A stretch of 64,000 bases of DNA from a virus, in the IMG/VR virus record IMGVR_UViG_3300036715_002961, positions 1 to 64,000 of that record. One strand, written 5' to 3'. Shown here in pieces: positions 18,263 through 28,311 of this stretch. The notes below the pieces were generated by a model, which saw only the letters and a list, made by a program, of their open reading frames with translations, made no database searches and was not told where the DNA came from. The translations under genes and the position numbers were made by a program. The number at the start of each line of letters is the position of its first letter. Within the stretch, counting starts at the first letter, position 1.

Positions 18263-19114
18263 TCAGGGCGACAAAATGGAGGCGGTGATGCGCCGGGTTT
18301 TCCCGTCGACGAGCGTGGCGTCGAGGACCATTTTGAGGACGTTTGGAGTCGGGCGCGAGAACGTGACTGCGACTTTTTTCGCCGCCGGATCTTTGCTGAA
18401 CTCGCGCTCGGCGCTTACGGCAAGGTCGACGAGGGTTTTAGAGCGGGCGAGACGTTTGACGTAGTCGGGGAGGCCGAGGCCGTAGGTGGGCGCCCACGCA
18501 AATCCGGCGGGGCGAACGACCGCGCGGCGGATGGCGCGCGCCTTGAACCCGGCGATCGGATCGTCGAGATCGTAGTCGCCCTCGTCTCCGACGGAGATCG
18601 TACCGAGCAGGTCGACCGAAGGTGTGGTCGCAAAGTCGACGTTCGAAACGTCCTCGGCCGTCGCGGGGGAGGTCGAGAGCAGGTCGAGACCGGGAAAGTA
18701 TGCACTGCCCGTCGGGAGTTCGTCGCCCGCTTGCGAGAACACGGACGCGAGGATCCGCAGCTCGTAAACGCCCGGGAACCCAGAAAGGGGGCGGTCGAGA
18801 ATCAGGTCGGCGAACGGCTGCGCCTCGGCCGTGGTCATGTCGGTGATCGGAGGGCGCTCGACGGCGACGATGCGAACGGGGCGAGGCGGTTGGTTTTCAG
18901 GGTCAAGGGTCCCGGGGACCGGCTCGACGGCGAACACGCCGGGCCGAGCCGCATCGCCGGCGACGAACGTGCGGTTGAGACGCAGGGGAAGCGAAAACTC
19001 GATGCGAATGCGGTTCTCGGCGACGACGCCGACGCCGCGGATCTGCATGAAACCGACGCCGACGCCGCCGCCGAAACTACCCGCGCCCCATAGGTCCGCT
19101 CCCCAACCGCTCAT
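18263..19114 (-). CDS. Baseplate wedge / sheath initiator (gp25-like C-terminus)
   Basis: C-terminal FAWAPTYGLGL...FSKDP pattern; lies between the spike and J genes. Confidence 0.6.
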   Translation of the reverse strand: MSGWGADLWGAGSFGGGVGVGFMQIRGVGVVAENRIRIEFSLPLRLNRTFVAGDAARPGVFAVEPVPGTLDPENQPPRPVRIVAVERPPITDMTTAEAQPFADLILDRPLSGFPGVYELRILASVFSQAGDELPTGSAYFPGLDLLSTSPATAEDVSNVDFATTPSVDLLGTISVGDEGDYDLDDPIAGFKARAIRRAVVRPAGFAWAPTYGLGLPDYVKRLARSKTLVDLAVSAEREFSKDPAAKKVAVTFSRPTPNVLKMVLDATLVDGKTRRITASILSP

Positions 19115-19350
19115 GCATCCTCTGTATCAGGATCGGGATCGCGGACCGCCGTCCGGCCGCCGCCATATTTCGCATCGCCCGCGACGTTGATCGGCGAGGA
19201 CGGCGAGCAGGACAAAACCAGCGTGGGGGTCGGAAGCGCGGGGATCGGGATCGGGGGGAGCGATGGCAGGACAAACCCAAACGAAAACGACGGCAACGAC
19301 AGGCCGATGCCGCACAATTTCGCCGAGTTCGTAGGATCGTCGAACGCCAT
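19111..19350 (-). CDS. Small Pro-rich protein following the spike gene
   Basis: Leaderless-type start; ATGA overlap with the next gene. Confidence 0.6.
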   Translation of the reverse strand: MAFDDPTNSAKLCGIGLSLPSFSFGFVLPSLPPIPIPALPTPTLVLSCSPSSPINVAGDAKYGGGRTAVRDPDPDTEDA

Positions 19351-19359
19351 GGCGTGAGC

Positions 19360-20361
19360 TTACAGCAAGAGGCCGACTCTGCCGAGGCCCGGACGAAACT
19401 GCGGGAGGCCGAGAGCGATCGGATCGGGTAGTTGCGCGGCGAGGGCCGCTTGGAGGCTCGCTTGAATCGAGGTCGCGGAAAGGTCGCCGCCGGGGGCGGG
19501 GCCGATGGGGGTCGGGGCAACTGTTCCCAAAATCGCCGGGCTCATGATGGCCGACAGGGCCGCCTGCGGGTTGATGGCGTAGGTGGCCAGAAACGCCGGG
19601 CCGGCGAACCCGGTGGCGACGGCCGAAGCGACGAAGTTTGCGAGCAGCGCGACGACCTGCTCGACCGAAATTGCGTGACCGACCGCGCCGAGGCCGGCCG
19701 ATCCGATCTCGACGGTTCCCGTGGTTGAAAGCTTGGTCGCCGAGCCGATTTCGAGCTGCGCGTCGCCAGCGCGTAGGACGACCTGATTTTTGGCAGGGTA
19801 CGCCTGAACGGCGGTCGAGCCGCCCACGAAACCGAGCGCGTCGTCGCTCAAAAACAGCTGGCCGCCACCGCCACCGCCGATGACGACCTGCCCGGCGAGG
19901 TCGATGCCGATCTGCGCGCCCGTCGCCGACGAGCGGATCAGGTAGCCGCTGTCGGTTTCGATCAGCATCGCCGGCCGCTGCTTCGCGAACGCGACCGCGT
20001 TGGTCGTGACGTCGACGCCGGCGACTGTCACCGGGAATTTGTCGATGCCGTTGGAGAGCCGCCCGATGATGACCGGGAAGGCGGATTCCATGCCTTCGGG
20101 AAGCGCGACGAGAACCTCGTCGCCATCGATGAGCGGGGACCATTCGCCCTCGCCGACGCCAGAAATGCGCATGGCGACGCGGGCGCGGACGGTCGTGCCG
20201 CTCGGCTGGAGCGTCACGGTTACGGCGGGGCCATCTTCGGTCAGCTCGACGCTGCGAGCGCCGGGGGTATCCGCGTCGACGATGCCGATCGAAATCCATT
20301 GCCGCGTGTCCGCGCCCGGGCCGGAAAACGCGCGCCCCATCGTCTCGTGGTCGAAGCTCAT
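19360..20361 (-). CDS. Baseplate spike (gpV/gp5 OB-fold-like)
   Basis: GVGEGEWSPLIDGDEVLVALPEG...PVIIGRL, then beta-strand repeats; start MSFDHET. Confidence 0.8.
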   Translation of the reverse strand: MSFDHETMGRAFSGPGADTRQWISIGIVDADTPGARSVELTEDGPAVTVTLQPSGTTVRARVAMRISGVGEGEWSPLIDGDEVLVALPEGMESAFPVIIGRLSNGIDKFPVTVAGVDVTTNAVAFAKQRPAMLIETDSGYLIRSSATGAQIGIDLAGQVVIGGGGGGQLFLSDDALGFVGGSTAVQAYPAKNQVVLRAGDAQLEIGSATKLSTTGTVEIGSAGLGAVGHAISVEQVVALLANFVASAVATGFAGPAFLATYAINPQAALSAIMSPAILGTVAPTPIGPAPGGDLSATSIQASLQAALAAQLPDPIALGLPQFRPGLGRVGLLL

Positions 20362-20382
20362 GTCGCGAGAGTAGACAAAATG

Positions 20383-20424
20383 AAAACCGCCCACGACGCA
20401 GAGAGGGGAATGCGTCGCAGGCGG
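20383..20424 (-). terminator. Terminator after the UvrD gene
   Basis: CCGCCTGCGACGCA...TGCGTCGTGGGCGG followed by TTTTCATTTT. Confidence 0.6.
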
Positions 20425-20450
20425 CGCCCAACATGGGCAAGGGCGATCTA

Positions 20451-22277
20451 TCACGGATAGGGCGGAAGGTCGTCCTCGCCGCAAATGCACGGGCCCATCG
20501 GGCCGCTCAAACAGTGCGGGCAACCGAGGATCGGGGGAGAAGGGGCCGGCGGTTCGGGGGGCAACCCAATGTCCTCGCGGGTTAGACCGAACGGAGCCGC
20601 GTCCGCCTCCGCGTCGTCGAGGTCTTCGAGGTTGTGGTGCGTTCCAGGATTGAAACGCGGAGCGGGGAGCGATTGAATCGGGCGACGACGACCTTTGAAC
20701 GGGGCGCCGCCGGGCGGGCCGTCCCAGACGTATACCAGCTCGTTTTTGGCGCGGGTCGTCGCGACGTAGAGCATGTTGCCCTCTTCGAGACTTAGGGCCG
20801 GGCGGTAGGTCGATCGCAGGCAATAGACGCGGTCGGCTTCGAGGCCCTTGGCCTTGTGCGTCGTCGCGAGCGTGATCCGATTCGGCGAAACCGCGCCGCC
20901 GGTTTCCTCGACGAACATGTCGTCGATCTTGGCGAGCAGCGCCGCGATGGTGTCGATCTCTTCGCAGATCGCGCCGAGGGCCGCGCGCGTGTCGTGCAGG
21001 TCCTCAATGCTGGCGCGCGCGTTGCGCTTCAAACGCTTTTTCGCCGTCTTGGCTACCCATGCGTCAACCCATTCGAGAAAGTCCTCGACGGTCCGTTTCT
21101 GGCTGCGCGTGACCATGTTTCGAAGCTCCGCGCCGAGGTCGCGACCGAGCATCTTGGCGCGTCGACCGTCCTTGAAAAGGCCGAGCAAAAGCTTGACGAG
21201 GGGGGCGTTCGAACGGCTGACGACGAAATCGCCGGGGACCAGGACGGGAAGCAATCCGTCGAGCTGCATGGAGCGGACGACGCCGGCGGGGTTGTTTGGG
21301 CCGGCCTCGTAGTCGGGGACCAGCGCGCGGGCCTCGGCGACGATCGATTTGGCGCAGCGGTAGGTGGTCGAGAGGGCGAGACGCTTCGCGCCGAGGGTGC
21401 GGACGATGTAGTCGATGCCGTCGTCCATGGCACCGCGGAACCCGTAGATCGCCTGGCGGTCGTCGCCGACGGCAACGATCCGACCGCCGGGGCGGAGCAT
21501 GCGCAGGCAAAGAGCGACCTGAGCCTCGTTGAGGTCCTGCGTCTCGTCCACGAAAACTCGGTCGAACTTCCAGAGTTTGATCGAGGGATGCACGGCCGGG
21601 ATGTAGATTTGGTCGTCGTAGTCGATGACCGTCCAGTCGTTGAGGCAGCTCGAAATCGCAGAAATTACAATAGAAATCGCCCGGTCGTAAAGCGCACTCC
21701 AGTTGGGATCGCTCTCGTCGGTCAAGATCTCAAGGTCCGGATGGCGGACCATGACGACCTCGCGAATTTTCTTTGCGGCCGCGCAGTTTTCCGGAGACGA
21801 CAGACTCCACGGGCCGCGCAGCTGCGGGACGACCGCGTAGGATTTCGCGAGGCTCGCGAGCTTCGCGAGGCCCCAGTAGCTGAGGGACTTTTCAAGACCA
21901 GCCTCGACGATCGTGCGCTTGATGATCGCGATCGTACGGTCCTTGTCAACTTCGGGGCGGACGCCGCCGTTGGCCTTCGAGCCGAGCTGCCGAAAGCCGT
22001 ATGCGTGGCAGGTCAAAACGTCGACGGCGACGTCGCTGAGGCGCGTGCGCATTTCGGCTGCAATGTCTCGGCCAAAAGCTACGACGGCAATCGTCGCGCC
22101 CGCGGGGACGCGGCGAACCGCTTCCTCGATGGTCGTCGATTTGCCGCTACCGGCGCGAGCGACGACCACGGTATGTCCGCGCCCGCGAGCCACATCGTCG
22201 AAGATGGCCTGCTGCGCGAATGACCAGACGCGCGCGGGCTGCGGAGGACCGAGAAAATCGTCGATTTCGTTCATCAT
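20451..22277 (-). CDS. UvrD/Rep family SF1 helicase
   Basis: ARAGSGKST, VDETQD, VGDDRQAIYGFRGA, LSTTYRC, TTHKAKGLE, YVATTRAK. Confidence 0.92.
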   Translation of the reverse strand: MMNEIDDFLGPPQPARVWSFAQQAIFDDVARGRGHTVVVARAGSGKSTTIEEAVRRVPAGATIAVVAFGRDIAAEMRTRLSDVAVDVLTCHAYGFRQLGSKANGGVRPEVDKDRTIAIIKRTIVEAGLEKSLSYWGLAKLASLAKSYAVVPQLRGPWSLSSPENCAAAKKIREVVMVRHPDLEILTDESDPNWSALYDRAISIVISAISSCLNDWTVIDYDDQIYIPAVHPSIKLWKFDRVFVDETQDLNEAQVALCLRMLRPGGRIVAVGDDRQAIYGFRGAMDDGIDYIVRTLGAKRLALSTTYRCAKSIVAEARALVPDYEAGPNNPAGVVRSMQLDGLLPVLVPGDFVVSRSNAPLVKLLLGLFKDGRRAKMLGRDLGAELRNMVTRSQKRTVEDFLEWVDAWVAKTAKKRLKRNARASIEDLHDTRAALGAICEEIDTIAALLAKIDDMFVEETGGAVSPNRITLATTHKAKGLEADRVYCLRSTYRPALSLEEGNMLYVATTRAKNELVYVWDGPPGGAPFKGRRRPIQSLPAPRFNPGTHHNLEDLDDAEADAAPFGLTREDIGLPPEPPAPSPPILGCPHCLSGPMGPCICGEDDLPPYP

Positions 22278-22326
22278 GGGAATGCTCCGATGGCGGATTG
22301 CTTGCCCGCCCGTGTGGTGTCATTCA

Positions 22327-22355
22327 CCGATAAACCGGAGAGCGTTCGCGCGCAA
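22327..22355 (-). promoter_or_regulatory. Early-type promoter upstream of UvrD
   Basis: TTGCGC-N17-TATCGG, sharing the GCTCTCCGGTT spacer with the 62380-62408 promoter. Confidence 0.6.
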
Positions 22356-22360
22356 GGGTT

Positions 22361-24061
22361 TTATTTGCGAGACGGGTCGTCGACGTCGATCCGGGCCTCA
22401 ACGTAGGTCGCCAGCTGCAGAGAGACTTCGAGGCCGGTGTCGACTCCCCAGACGATGTTGGCCTCGCGAAGCGCAAAAAAGCGCTGCACGGCCACGTTGG
22501 AGCGAGCAGCCTCGTAGGCCTGCGCGAGTTCGAGCGAGTAGCCAAGGTTGGTCATGTAATCGACCAGGGCGCCGTTGTTTTGCAGTAGCGCGTCGAGCGC
22601 GAACGCCTCGTTGCGCAGCTCAAACAGATCGCCGGGGCGGACGTAGAGCAGGTCGGGAAAGCGGTTGTCGCCGCCCCAGCTCGCGAGCGCGGGGGTTTTG
22701 ACCGTCGCGACGAGCTGCATGCGGTTCTTGTTTTCGTAAATGCTCTTGGCCGCCTTCGCGAGTAGGGCCTGGTCGGTGCACGATCCGGCGGGGAGCCGAA
22801 CTACATGCCATTCGTGCTCCTCTTTGCCACCAGGTTTCGCGGACACAACGCGATCTTTGGGGCCGGGGTAGCGCGCGACGACGACGCTCTTGCGGGCGGG
22901 GTTGTAGCAACGGACCTCCACGTTTTTGGCGTCCGCGTGCGCGAAGTCACGGTCGATCGTCATGGTCTCGACGTTGCCGCCGAAGATCATCTGCCTAGCC
23001 TCGGCGCGCTCGCCCGACGGAAGCGAACGCCCGCGGTAGGGATCGTCGCCGCGAGGGGACTTTTTGCCAGAGACGAGGCCGCTGGCCTGCTGCAAAATGA
23101 CCGAGTCCAGCTCGATGCGGACGTTGTAGCCGAGCGAGCCGAGGGCGTTGGTCAGGTACTCGATGACACTGGTCGAGTCACCGCCCGTCGCACCGCCGCC
23201 GCCGCTCGGAGCGGGGCCAAGATGGGGCGGGAACGACCCCTTGGCGAGCGACGCTTCGAGCTTCGGCGGGACCTCGTCGGCGGGCAAATGCAGAACCGAT
23301 AGGCCTTCCATTTGCGGGAAGTGCGCGAGGTATTTTGCGGCCGCTTCGTCGATCGGGATCTTCGGGTCGAGGCGCAAGTTGGGGGGCGCCTTTTGCGCGT
23401 CGAGCAGCGTGAAGTTGTCACGGCACGCGATCTTGCAGACGGCCAGATCGTCTTGAAATGCGATGCTCCATTTGTCTACCCAGCCAGCAAAAACACGCGT
23501 CGACGCGACCTCGCCGGTGTCGGGAACGACGAATGTGTCAGGGCACTGGAGGCGCGAAACATTCACGCCGGGGGCGGCGGCGCGCTGGAGGCCTTCGTTG
23601 CCGGCGGCCGCGTCCTGGGCGTCGATCGTCCCCATGAAAACCTCAACGGCCGCGGCGCGAATGCAGCGCGGATCGAACGGGCAATCGGCAAACAGGAAGT
23701 CGCAGTTGAACGTGTCGGCCGTACGCGAAACCATGCGCAAATTCGCAGAGATCGGAACCACACCGGGGACCGTAAACGTGAGCGTCGAAATGTCGTCGAC
23801 GCTCGCGGTCGGGGCTGGCGCGCCAGCGTTGATGCGGGCTGTCTTGCCGCGTAGGACCAGGCGACGCCGTCCCGCCGAGTCGGTTTCCGTCTCGACTGTC
23901 AGATCGTCGCGGGGGACCGAGACGCCTTTGAGGTTTTTGGTCGTTTTGGCGGGTGGTTTCGAGGCGAGTTCGGTGGGCGAGAACTCTTCGAATCGCAGGA
24001 TCAAACGAACCTTGCAAGCCGAGTAGTAGCTCTGCTCGGGCTGGTCACTGTAGTTGATCAT
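22361..24061 (-). CDS. Baseplate hub (gpD/gp44-like)
   Basis: VFAGWVDKW...IACRD motif; lies between the LysM protein and the spike. Confidence 0.65.
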   Translation of the reverse strand: MINYSDQPEQSYYSACKVRLILRFEEFSPTELASKPPAKTTKNLKGVSVPRDDLTVETETDSAGRRRLVLRGKTARINAGAPAPTASVDDISTLTFTVPGVVPISANLRMVSRTADTFNCDFLFADCPFDPRCIRAAAVEVFMGTIDAQDAAAGNEGLQRAAAPGVNVSRLQCPDTFVVPDTGEVASTRVFAGWVDKWSIAFQDDLAVCKIACRDNFTLLDAQKAPPNLRLDPKIPIDEAAAKYLAHFPQMEGLSVLHLPADEVPPKLEASLAKGSFPPHLGPAPSGGGGATGGDSTSVIEYLTNALGSLGYNVRIELDSVILQQASGLVSGKKSPRGDDPYRGRSLPSGERAEARQMIFGGNVETMTIDRDFAHADAKNVEVRCYNPARKSVVVARYPGPKDRVVSAKPGGKEEHEWHVVRLPAGSCTDQALLAKAAKSIYENKNRMQLVATVKTPALASWGGDNRFPDLLYVRPGDLFELRNEAFALDALLQNNGALVDYMTNLGYSLELAQAYEAARSNVAVQRFFALREANIVWGVDTGLEVSLQLATYVEARIDVDDPSRK

Positions 24062-25263
24062 TTGCTGGAACCGGAGGTCACGACGGGGATTACAAGGGAT
24101 GTCCCGACGGGCGGGGCCACGATGCCCCAGGGGAGGCGGTTAGCGCGGCAGATCTCGCCGGCATAGTCGGCGGATTTGTACCAAATGACGGAGATCGTGA
24201 TCATCGTTTGACCAGCGCGGACGACGTGCACGCCAAGGGTCCCGCGGGAACCCGGGTTCCCTCCGATGGTCTGGTCCGTGTCTTGGGCGATGCGGCCGAG
24301 AGCTTCGATGGCGTTGGCTTCGCGCTCAGCGATGACGTGGGCACGGATTTGAGCAGCCAGATCGTCTTGCGTCGAGCGCGATTCGAAGGGAACCCGGGCG
24401 ACGTCGCGGATGCTCTCGGCGGAATCGAAAACGATCTCGCGCGAGAGCTGCTTCGCGGCCGAGCGGAGCGATCGCGGGGTTAGGCCGCGGGCGACGTCGG
24501 TGGCGAGCTTCGTGGCGTCCTTGAGCGAGTTGGAGTTCTGCACGAGGGCGCGTTTGAACCGGTCGACGGCCTTGGACGGGGCGGCGACGAGAGTTTGCAG
24601 GCGACCGATCGTCACCGGCGACGAGTAGCCGGTGAGCGGGTTCCGCACCGCGCCGGCGATCGCGTCGACGTAGGTGTCGGTCGCGCGCAAGAGGGTGTTG
24701 ACGGAGCGCGCGATGTCCGCTTCGTCGTTGCTCTGGTCGACGCGGGCGATCTCGCCGCCCGTGCCTTTCCAATCGAAATCCATCGTCCAATCAATGTCCG
24801 AATGCCGCTGGATCGGCGTCGAGAACGACGACATGCGACCGACGCGGACGATCCGCATGTCTTCCGGGCGGGGGGACGACGAGCCCGCGCGAATCGTCGA
24901 GCCAGTGACTTCGAAAATCACGCGTAGGAGGCTACCGCGTTTGAGGACTCCCTCGAACACCTCGCGCACGCGATAGGGCGTCACAATGGCAGTCTCAGCG
25001 CCCGTAGCACCGTCGAGGACGACGACGGGGGAGCGGTTGAGCAGCGTCGAATGCCACGAGCCGGAAAACTGGGACGGCATCACGCGAGCGCCGAGCGCCT
25101 GTTGGACCGCGTCGACACCGTTTCCGGGGAGCCATTTCGTGACGACCTTTTGAGCGGTCGTCCACGTTGCACCTGTGATCAGCGGCAGCGCCGAACCTTG
25201 CAACCGGATGCGCAGGCCGCCCGGATTCAGCTCTTCGATGGTCATGGCGGCCGCGTAGGTCAT
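24058..25263 (-). CDS. Tail-tube initiator with C-terminal LysM domain
   Basis: HVVRAGQTMITISVIWYKSADYAGEICRANRL...GTSLVIP; follows the tape measure. Confidence 0.75.
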   Translation of the reverse strand: MTYAAAMTIEELNPGGLRIRLQGSALPLITGATWTTAQKVVTKWLPGNGVDAVQQALGARVMPSQFSGSWHSTLLNRSPVVVLDGATGAETAIVTPYRVREVFEGVLKRGSLLRVIFEVTGSTIRAGSSSPRPEDMRIVRVGRMSSFSTPIQRHSDIDWTMDFDWKGTGGEIARVDQSNDEADIARSVNTLLRATDTYVDAIAGAVRNPLTGYSSPVTIGRLQTLVAAPSKAVDRFKRALVQNSNSLKDATKLATDVARGLTPRSLRSAAKQLSREIVFDSAESIRDVARVPFESRSTQDDLAAQIRAHVIAEREANAIEALGRIAQDTDQTIGGNPGSRGTLGVHVVRAGQTMITISVIWYKSADYAGEICRANRLPWGIVAPPVGTSLVIPVVTSGSSK

Positions 25264-25277
25264 GGCGAGACCGTACC

Positions 25278-25308
25278 AAAAAAGCCGCCCTGGTTTCCCG
25301 GGGCGGCT
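25278..25308 (-). terminator. Rho-independent terminator
   Basis: AGCCGCCC...GGGCGGCT followed by a T run. Confidence 0.8.
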
Positions 25309-25315
25309 GGCGGAG

Positions 25316-25480
25316 TCACTTGGCCTTCTTTTTCATCCAGGCCATGAGCGGGTTTGGCTTCGACCCGGCTTTCTTGGGGGCGGGCTCGTCGGACTCACTC
25401 GGCGGGGACGAAGCCGAGGCGTCGTCGTCGGGCTCGTCGGATTCGCTCGGGGGAAACGGGGGCTTTTTTGCGCTTGCCAT
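25316..25480 (-). CDS. Small disordered protein (54 aa), not in the ORF track
   Basis: My translation: MASAKKPPFPPSESDEPDDDASASSPPSESDEPAPKKAGSKPNPLMAWMKKKAK; GGAG SD. Confidence 0.6.
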   Translation of the reverse strand: MASAKKPPFPPSESDEPDDDASASSPPSESDEPAPKKAGSKPNPLMAWMKKKAK

Positions 25481-25522
25481 GATGATGTTCTCCAGAGGGG
25501 AAATGCGGGATGCCCCCTTGTA

Positions 25523-27373
25523 TCAGAAACCGAACGGAAGCACGCCGCGGGCTTGCACCCGACGTGCGGCGTGCTGCGCAATGTCTTGGCGGAACAGGAC
25601 GGCGACGCGGTCGGGTTCCTGGTCCTTGAAATCTTGTTTGATGTTGAACGTATTGCCATTGAAATTGACGACCGGCTGCTTCCCCTCGACGCCGAGGTTG
25701 GGTGCGGCCGATTTCGCGATCTGCTGGGCTTTCTTGGGGTCAGTCGACGACAGCGCCTTGATGAACTCGCCGAACCCTTTGTCCAGAATTTCGGGACCTT
25801 GCTTTGCGATCGCGTCAGCCATTTGCTTGGTCGTCGTGATGTACTTGGCAATGTTCTGCATCGCCGCTTCGTCGTGGAGGCGCGAGGCCTCGTTGAAGAT
25901 CTGGAGAGCTTTTTTCGTGTTCCCCGACATGGCGGCCTGCTGGGCATCGCCGACGGACATGGTCGTGTCCGCGCGCGTGCCGAGCGCGTTCACGAAATTC
26001 TGACTAGTCTGGCTTCCGGCGCCGAGCTGGTGGCCGGCCAATGCCTCATATTTGTAGTATTCCGCTTGCAGTTTTTCGGTGTCGCCGCCGCCGGTGGAAC
26101 GAACCTTCGCGAGGACTGCGTCAGCGCGGGACTGGGCGACGTCCTTGGATACAGCGGCGAGCGAATCCATCATAAAATCCACGCCTTTCAGCATGAATTT
26201 GATCGCGTCCATGATGCCGTCGCCGATGGCGCGGCCGGCCGATTCCCAGTTTTCAAAACTGTCGTCACCACGACCGAACGCTTGTTCCCAGAGGGCGACG
26301 ACCTCGGCGCTGCTCTTGTCGAAGGCGTCGATCGCGCCGGTCGTGAACTGGATCGCATGGCCGAGGGATTTTGACAGGCTCTCGCCGAGCGCTTCGCCAC
26401 CGTCGAGCAGGTGTTGACCGAGTTCCGTTGCTGTGCCGTCCGCTTCGAGGAACTTGTCTTTGATCGCGTTCATGCCGACGCCGAGCGCTTCGTAGAGAGG
26501 CTTGCCCATGCCTTCCATGAAGTTGCCTTTGAAAACGTCCATGGATGTCTTGGCTTGCTCGAACGTGAGCGGCACTTTCTCCATTTTCTCGGCCATGCGC
26601 CCGATTGCCTTCTCGGCCAGCTCCATTTGCTTTTCGGGCGTCATTTTCATCATTTCCGAGGCAACGGACTTCGCGTTGCCTCGGAGAAGACCAGACGCCG
26701 AGATCAGCCCGACAATCGGGTTCTTCGCGCGGATGACGCCCATTTGCATCTGCTCAAACGCAGAAGAGAGCGCGGTCGCGCCGCCGGGGATGGCCTTGCC
26801 CGCTTGCGCCATCGCGGCGGTCAGCTCGACGGCCTGGTCGACAGATTTGCCGCCGCGGCTGATGACGTCGTCGAAAACCTGCACGAGCGCGTCGTCGGTC
26901 GTTCCGGCCGCCATCGCGATCTCTTCGAGGCCGTCCTTGATGTCGCCCGCGTAGTCTTTGAGACCCTCGTACGAGTTCGCGTTCTTGTCGATCATCGTGA
27001 GGACGCCGGCAAGCGAACGCACCTGAGCTTCGCTTTCGGCCCACGCCTCGACCGCCGCTTCGGGCATTTCTTTGATCGCCTCAACCGCCTCGTGGACCTT
27101 CTCGGTGGCGAAATCGACGATCTTGCTGCCGATGCGTTCCTGGAACCCGCGGGCGAAGTCGGATGCGAAACCTTTGAGGCCCTCTTCGGCTTTCTCGCTG
27201 GCGTCCTTGGGGGCAGACGCCTGGATGGTTTGCCAGGACCGCAGAACCTCAACCCATGAGTTTTCGGACTGTTTGAAGCCGCTCGCAATGTCCTGAGAAA
27301 TCTTGGCGGCGTCGGCTTGCGTGGCCGAGCCATCGAGAACAATTTTGACGCGGACCTGCGGTTGATCGGACAT
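25523..27373 (-). CDS. Tape measure protein (~616 aa)
   Basis: Ala/Gly/Met-rich helical protein directly after the tail chaperones. Confidence 0.8.
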   Translation of the reverse strand: MSDQPQVRVKIVLDGSATQADAAKISQDIASGFKQSENSWVEVLRSWQTIQASAPKDASEKAEEGLKGFASDFARGFQERIGSKIVDFATEKVHEAVEAIKEMPEAAVEAWAESEAQVRSLAGVLTMIDKNANSYEGLKDYAGDIKDGLEEIAMAAGTTDDALVQVFDDVISRGGKSVDQAVELTAAMAQAGKAIPGGATALSSAFEQMQMGVIRAKNPIVGLISASGLLRGNAKSVASEMMKMTPEKQMELAEKAIGRMAEKMEKVPLTFEQAKTSMDVFKGNFMEGMGKPLYEALGVGMNAIKDKFLEADGTATELGQHLLDGGEALGESLSKSLGHAIQFTTGAIDAFDKSSAEVVALWEQAFGRGDDSFENWESAGRAIGDGIMDAIKFMLKGVDFMMDSLAAVSKDVAQSRADAVLAKVRSTGGGDTEKLQAEYYKYEALAGHQLGAGSQTSQNFVNALGTRADTTMSVGDAQQAAMSGNTKKALQIFNEASRLHDEAAMQNIAKYITTTKQMADAIAKQGPEILDKGFGEFIKALSSTDPKKAQQIAKSAAPNLGVEGKQPVVNFNGNTFNIKQDFKDQEPDRVAVLFRQDIAQHAARRVQARGVLPFGF

Positions 27374-27426
27374 GCCCGCCAATATAAAGCGCCCCGCGCG
27401 GGGCGGGTTCCCGTGGGGGCGCTTCT

Positions 27427-27747
27427 TTATTCCGTAAGGTTGCTGAGAGGAGCCTCAGCGCTCATGATCTCGCCGAGAAGTTCCATTGCCATGTTGAGTT
27501 CGCGGGCCGGTCGGTCGTCCCAATAGCGAATGTCGATTCGGCCGTAGCGAGACAGTTTGAGCTTTTGAGCGAAACGCCTGCGACGGTATTCTTCGCCCGT
27601 AAACTCACAGATTTTAAACGTCCACATGGGGTCGCGCCCACACATGAGACCGTCGAAAACCTCTTCGATTTCTTCTTCGTCCCGTTCTCGACCGTCAGCC
27701 GTTACCCATGCAAGGCCGTTCCGACAACGAGACAATTGGAGAAAAAA
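27427..27747 (-). CDS. Tail chaperone -1 frameshift extension (GT-like)
   Basis: The -1 frame opens exactly at slippery T TTT TTC (27747-27741), with TGA immediately before. Confidence 0.7.
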   Translation of the reverse strand, partial: FFLQLSRCRNGLAWVTADGRERDEEEIEEVFDGLMCGRDPMWTFKICEFTGEEYRRRRFAQKLKLSRYGRIDIRYWDDRPARELNMAMELLGEIMSAEAPLSNLTE

Positions 27748-28229
27748 TCATTCAGTTCCGGTTCCGTGAACTTGTGCGCGCGCACGTACAAGTTAGTGAT
27801 CAACTCGCGGCATTTCGGACCAATGTCGTTCCAGAACTTGCGAACGTCACTGCGCTTGCCGCTCGCCGACCAGTCGGATTTGCTGCCGTCAATCGCGCGG
27901 ATCATGACCTTCGCGCACTCCCGGTAGAGGCGATAGGCGCCCGTCGCGCCGGCACGTTCGGCTGCGCGGTTTTCCTCGGCATCGGTCAGCGCCCACAGAA
28001 CGACGATGCGATCGCCGGCGCTCGGCCGGTGCGTCCATTCGGATTTGAGGCGAAGGATCCACACGGTAGCGCCTTCGGGGGCACGGTCGCGGATCTCGTC
28101 AGGAATTGCCTTCTGAGCCCATTCGGGAAGGGGCTTGGAGCCGTCGGCAAGGTTGGGATCGTCTTCTTCGGGGCCGGGGCCCGCGTCGACGTCGGTTTCT
28201 TCGAGAATTTCTTCGCTGACTTCAGTCAT
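27702..28229 (-). CDS. Tail assembly chaperone (G-like)
   Basis: Between the tube and tape measure genes; acidic N-terminus. Confidence 0.75.
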   Translation of the reverse strand: MTEVSEEILEETDVDAGPGPEEDDPNLADGSKPLPEWAQKAIPDEIRDRAPEGATVWILRLKSEWTHRPSAGDRIVVLWALTDAEENRAAERAGATGAYRLYRECAKVMIRAIDGSKSDWSASGKRSDVRKFWNDIGPKCRELITNLYVRAHKFTEPELNDFFSNCLVVGTALHG

Positions 28230-28250
28230 GGTTTGCGCCTTCAAAAGGGA

Positions 28251-28311
28251 GGGCGGCGATGCAGGCTAGGAAGGCGCAACCCATCCGATGAACCATCCTG
28301 CATCGCCGCCC
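28251..28311. repeat. 15-bp perfect inverted repeat with 31-nt loop
   Basis: GGGCGGCGATGCAGG at 28251-28265 and CCTGCATCGCCGCCC at 28297-28311, intergenic. Confidence 0.8.
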
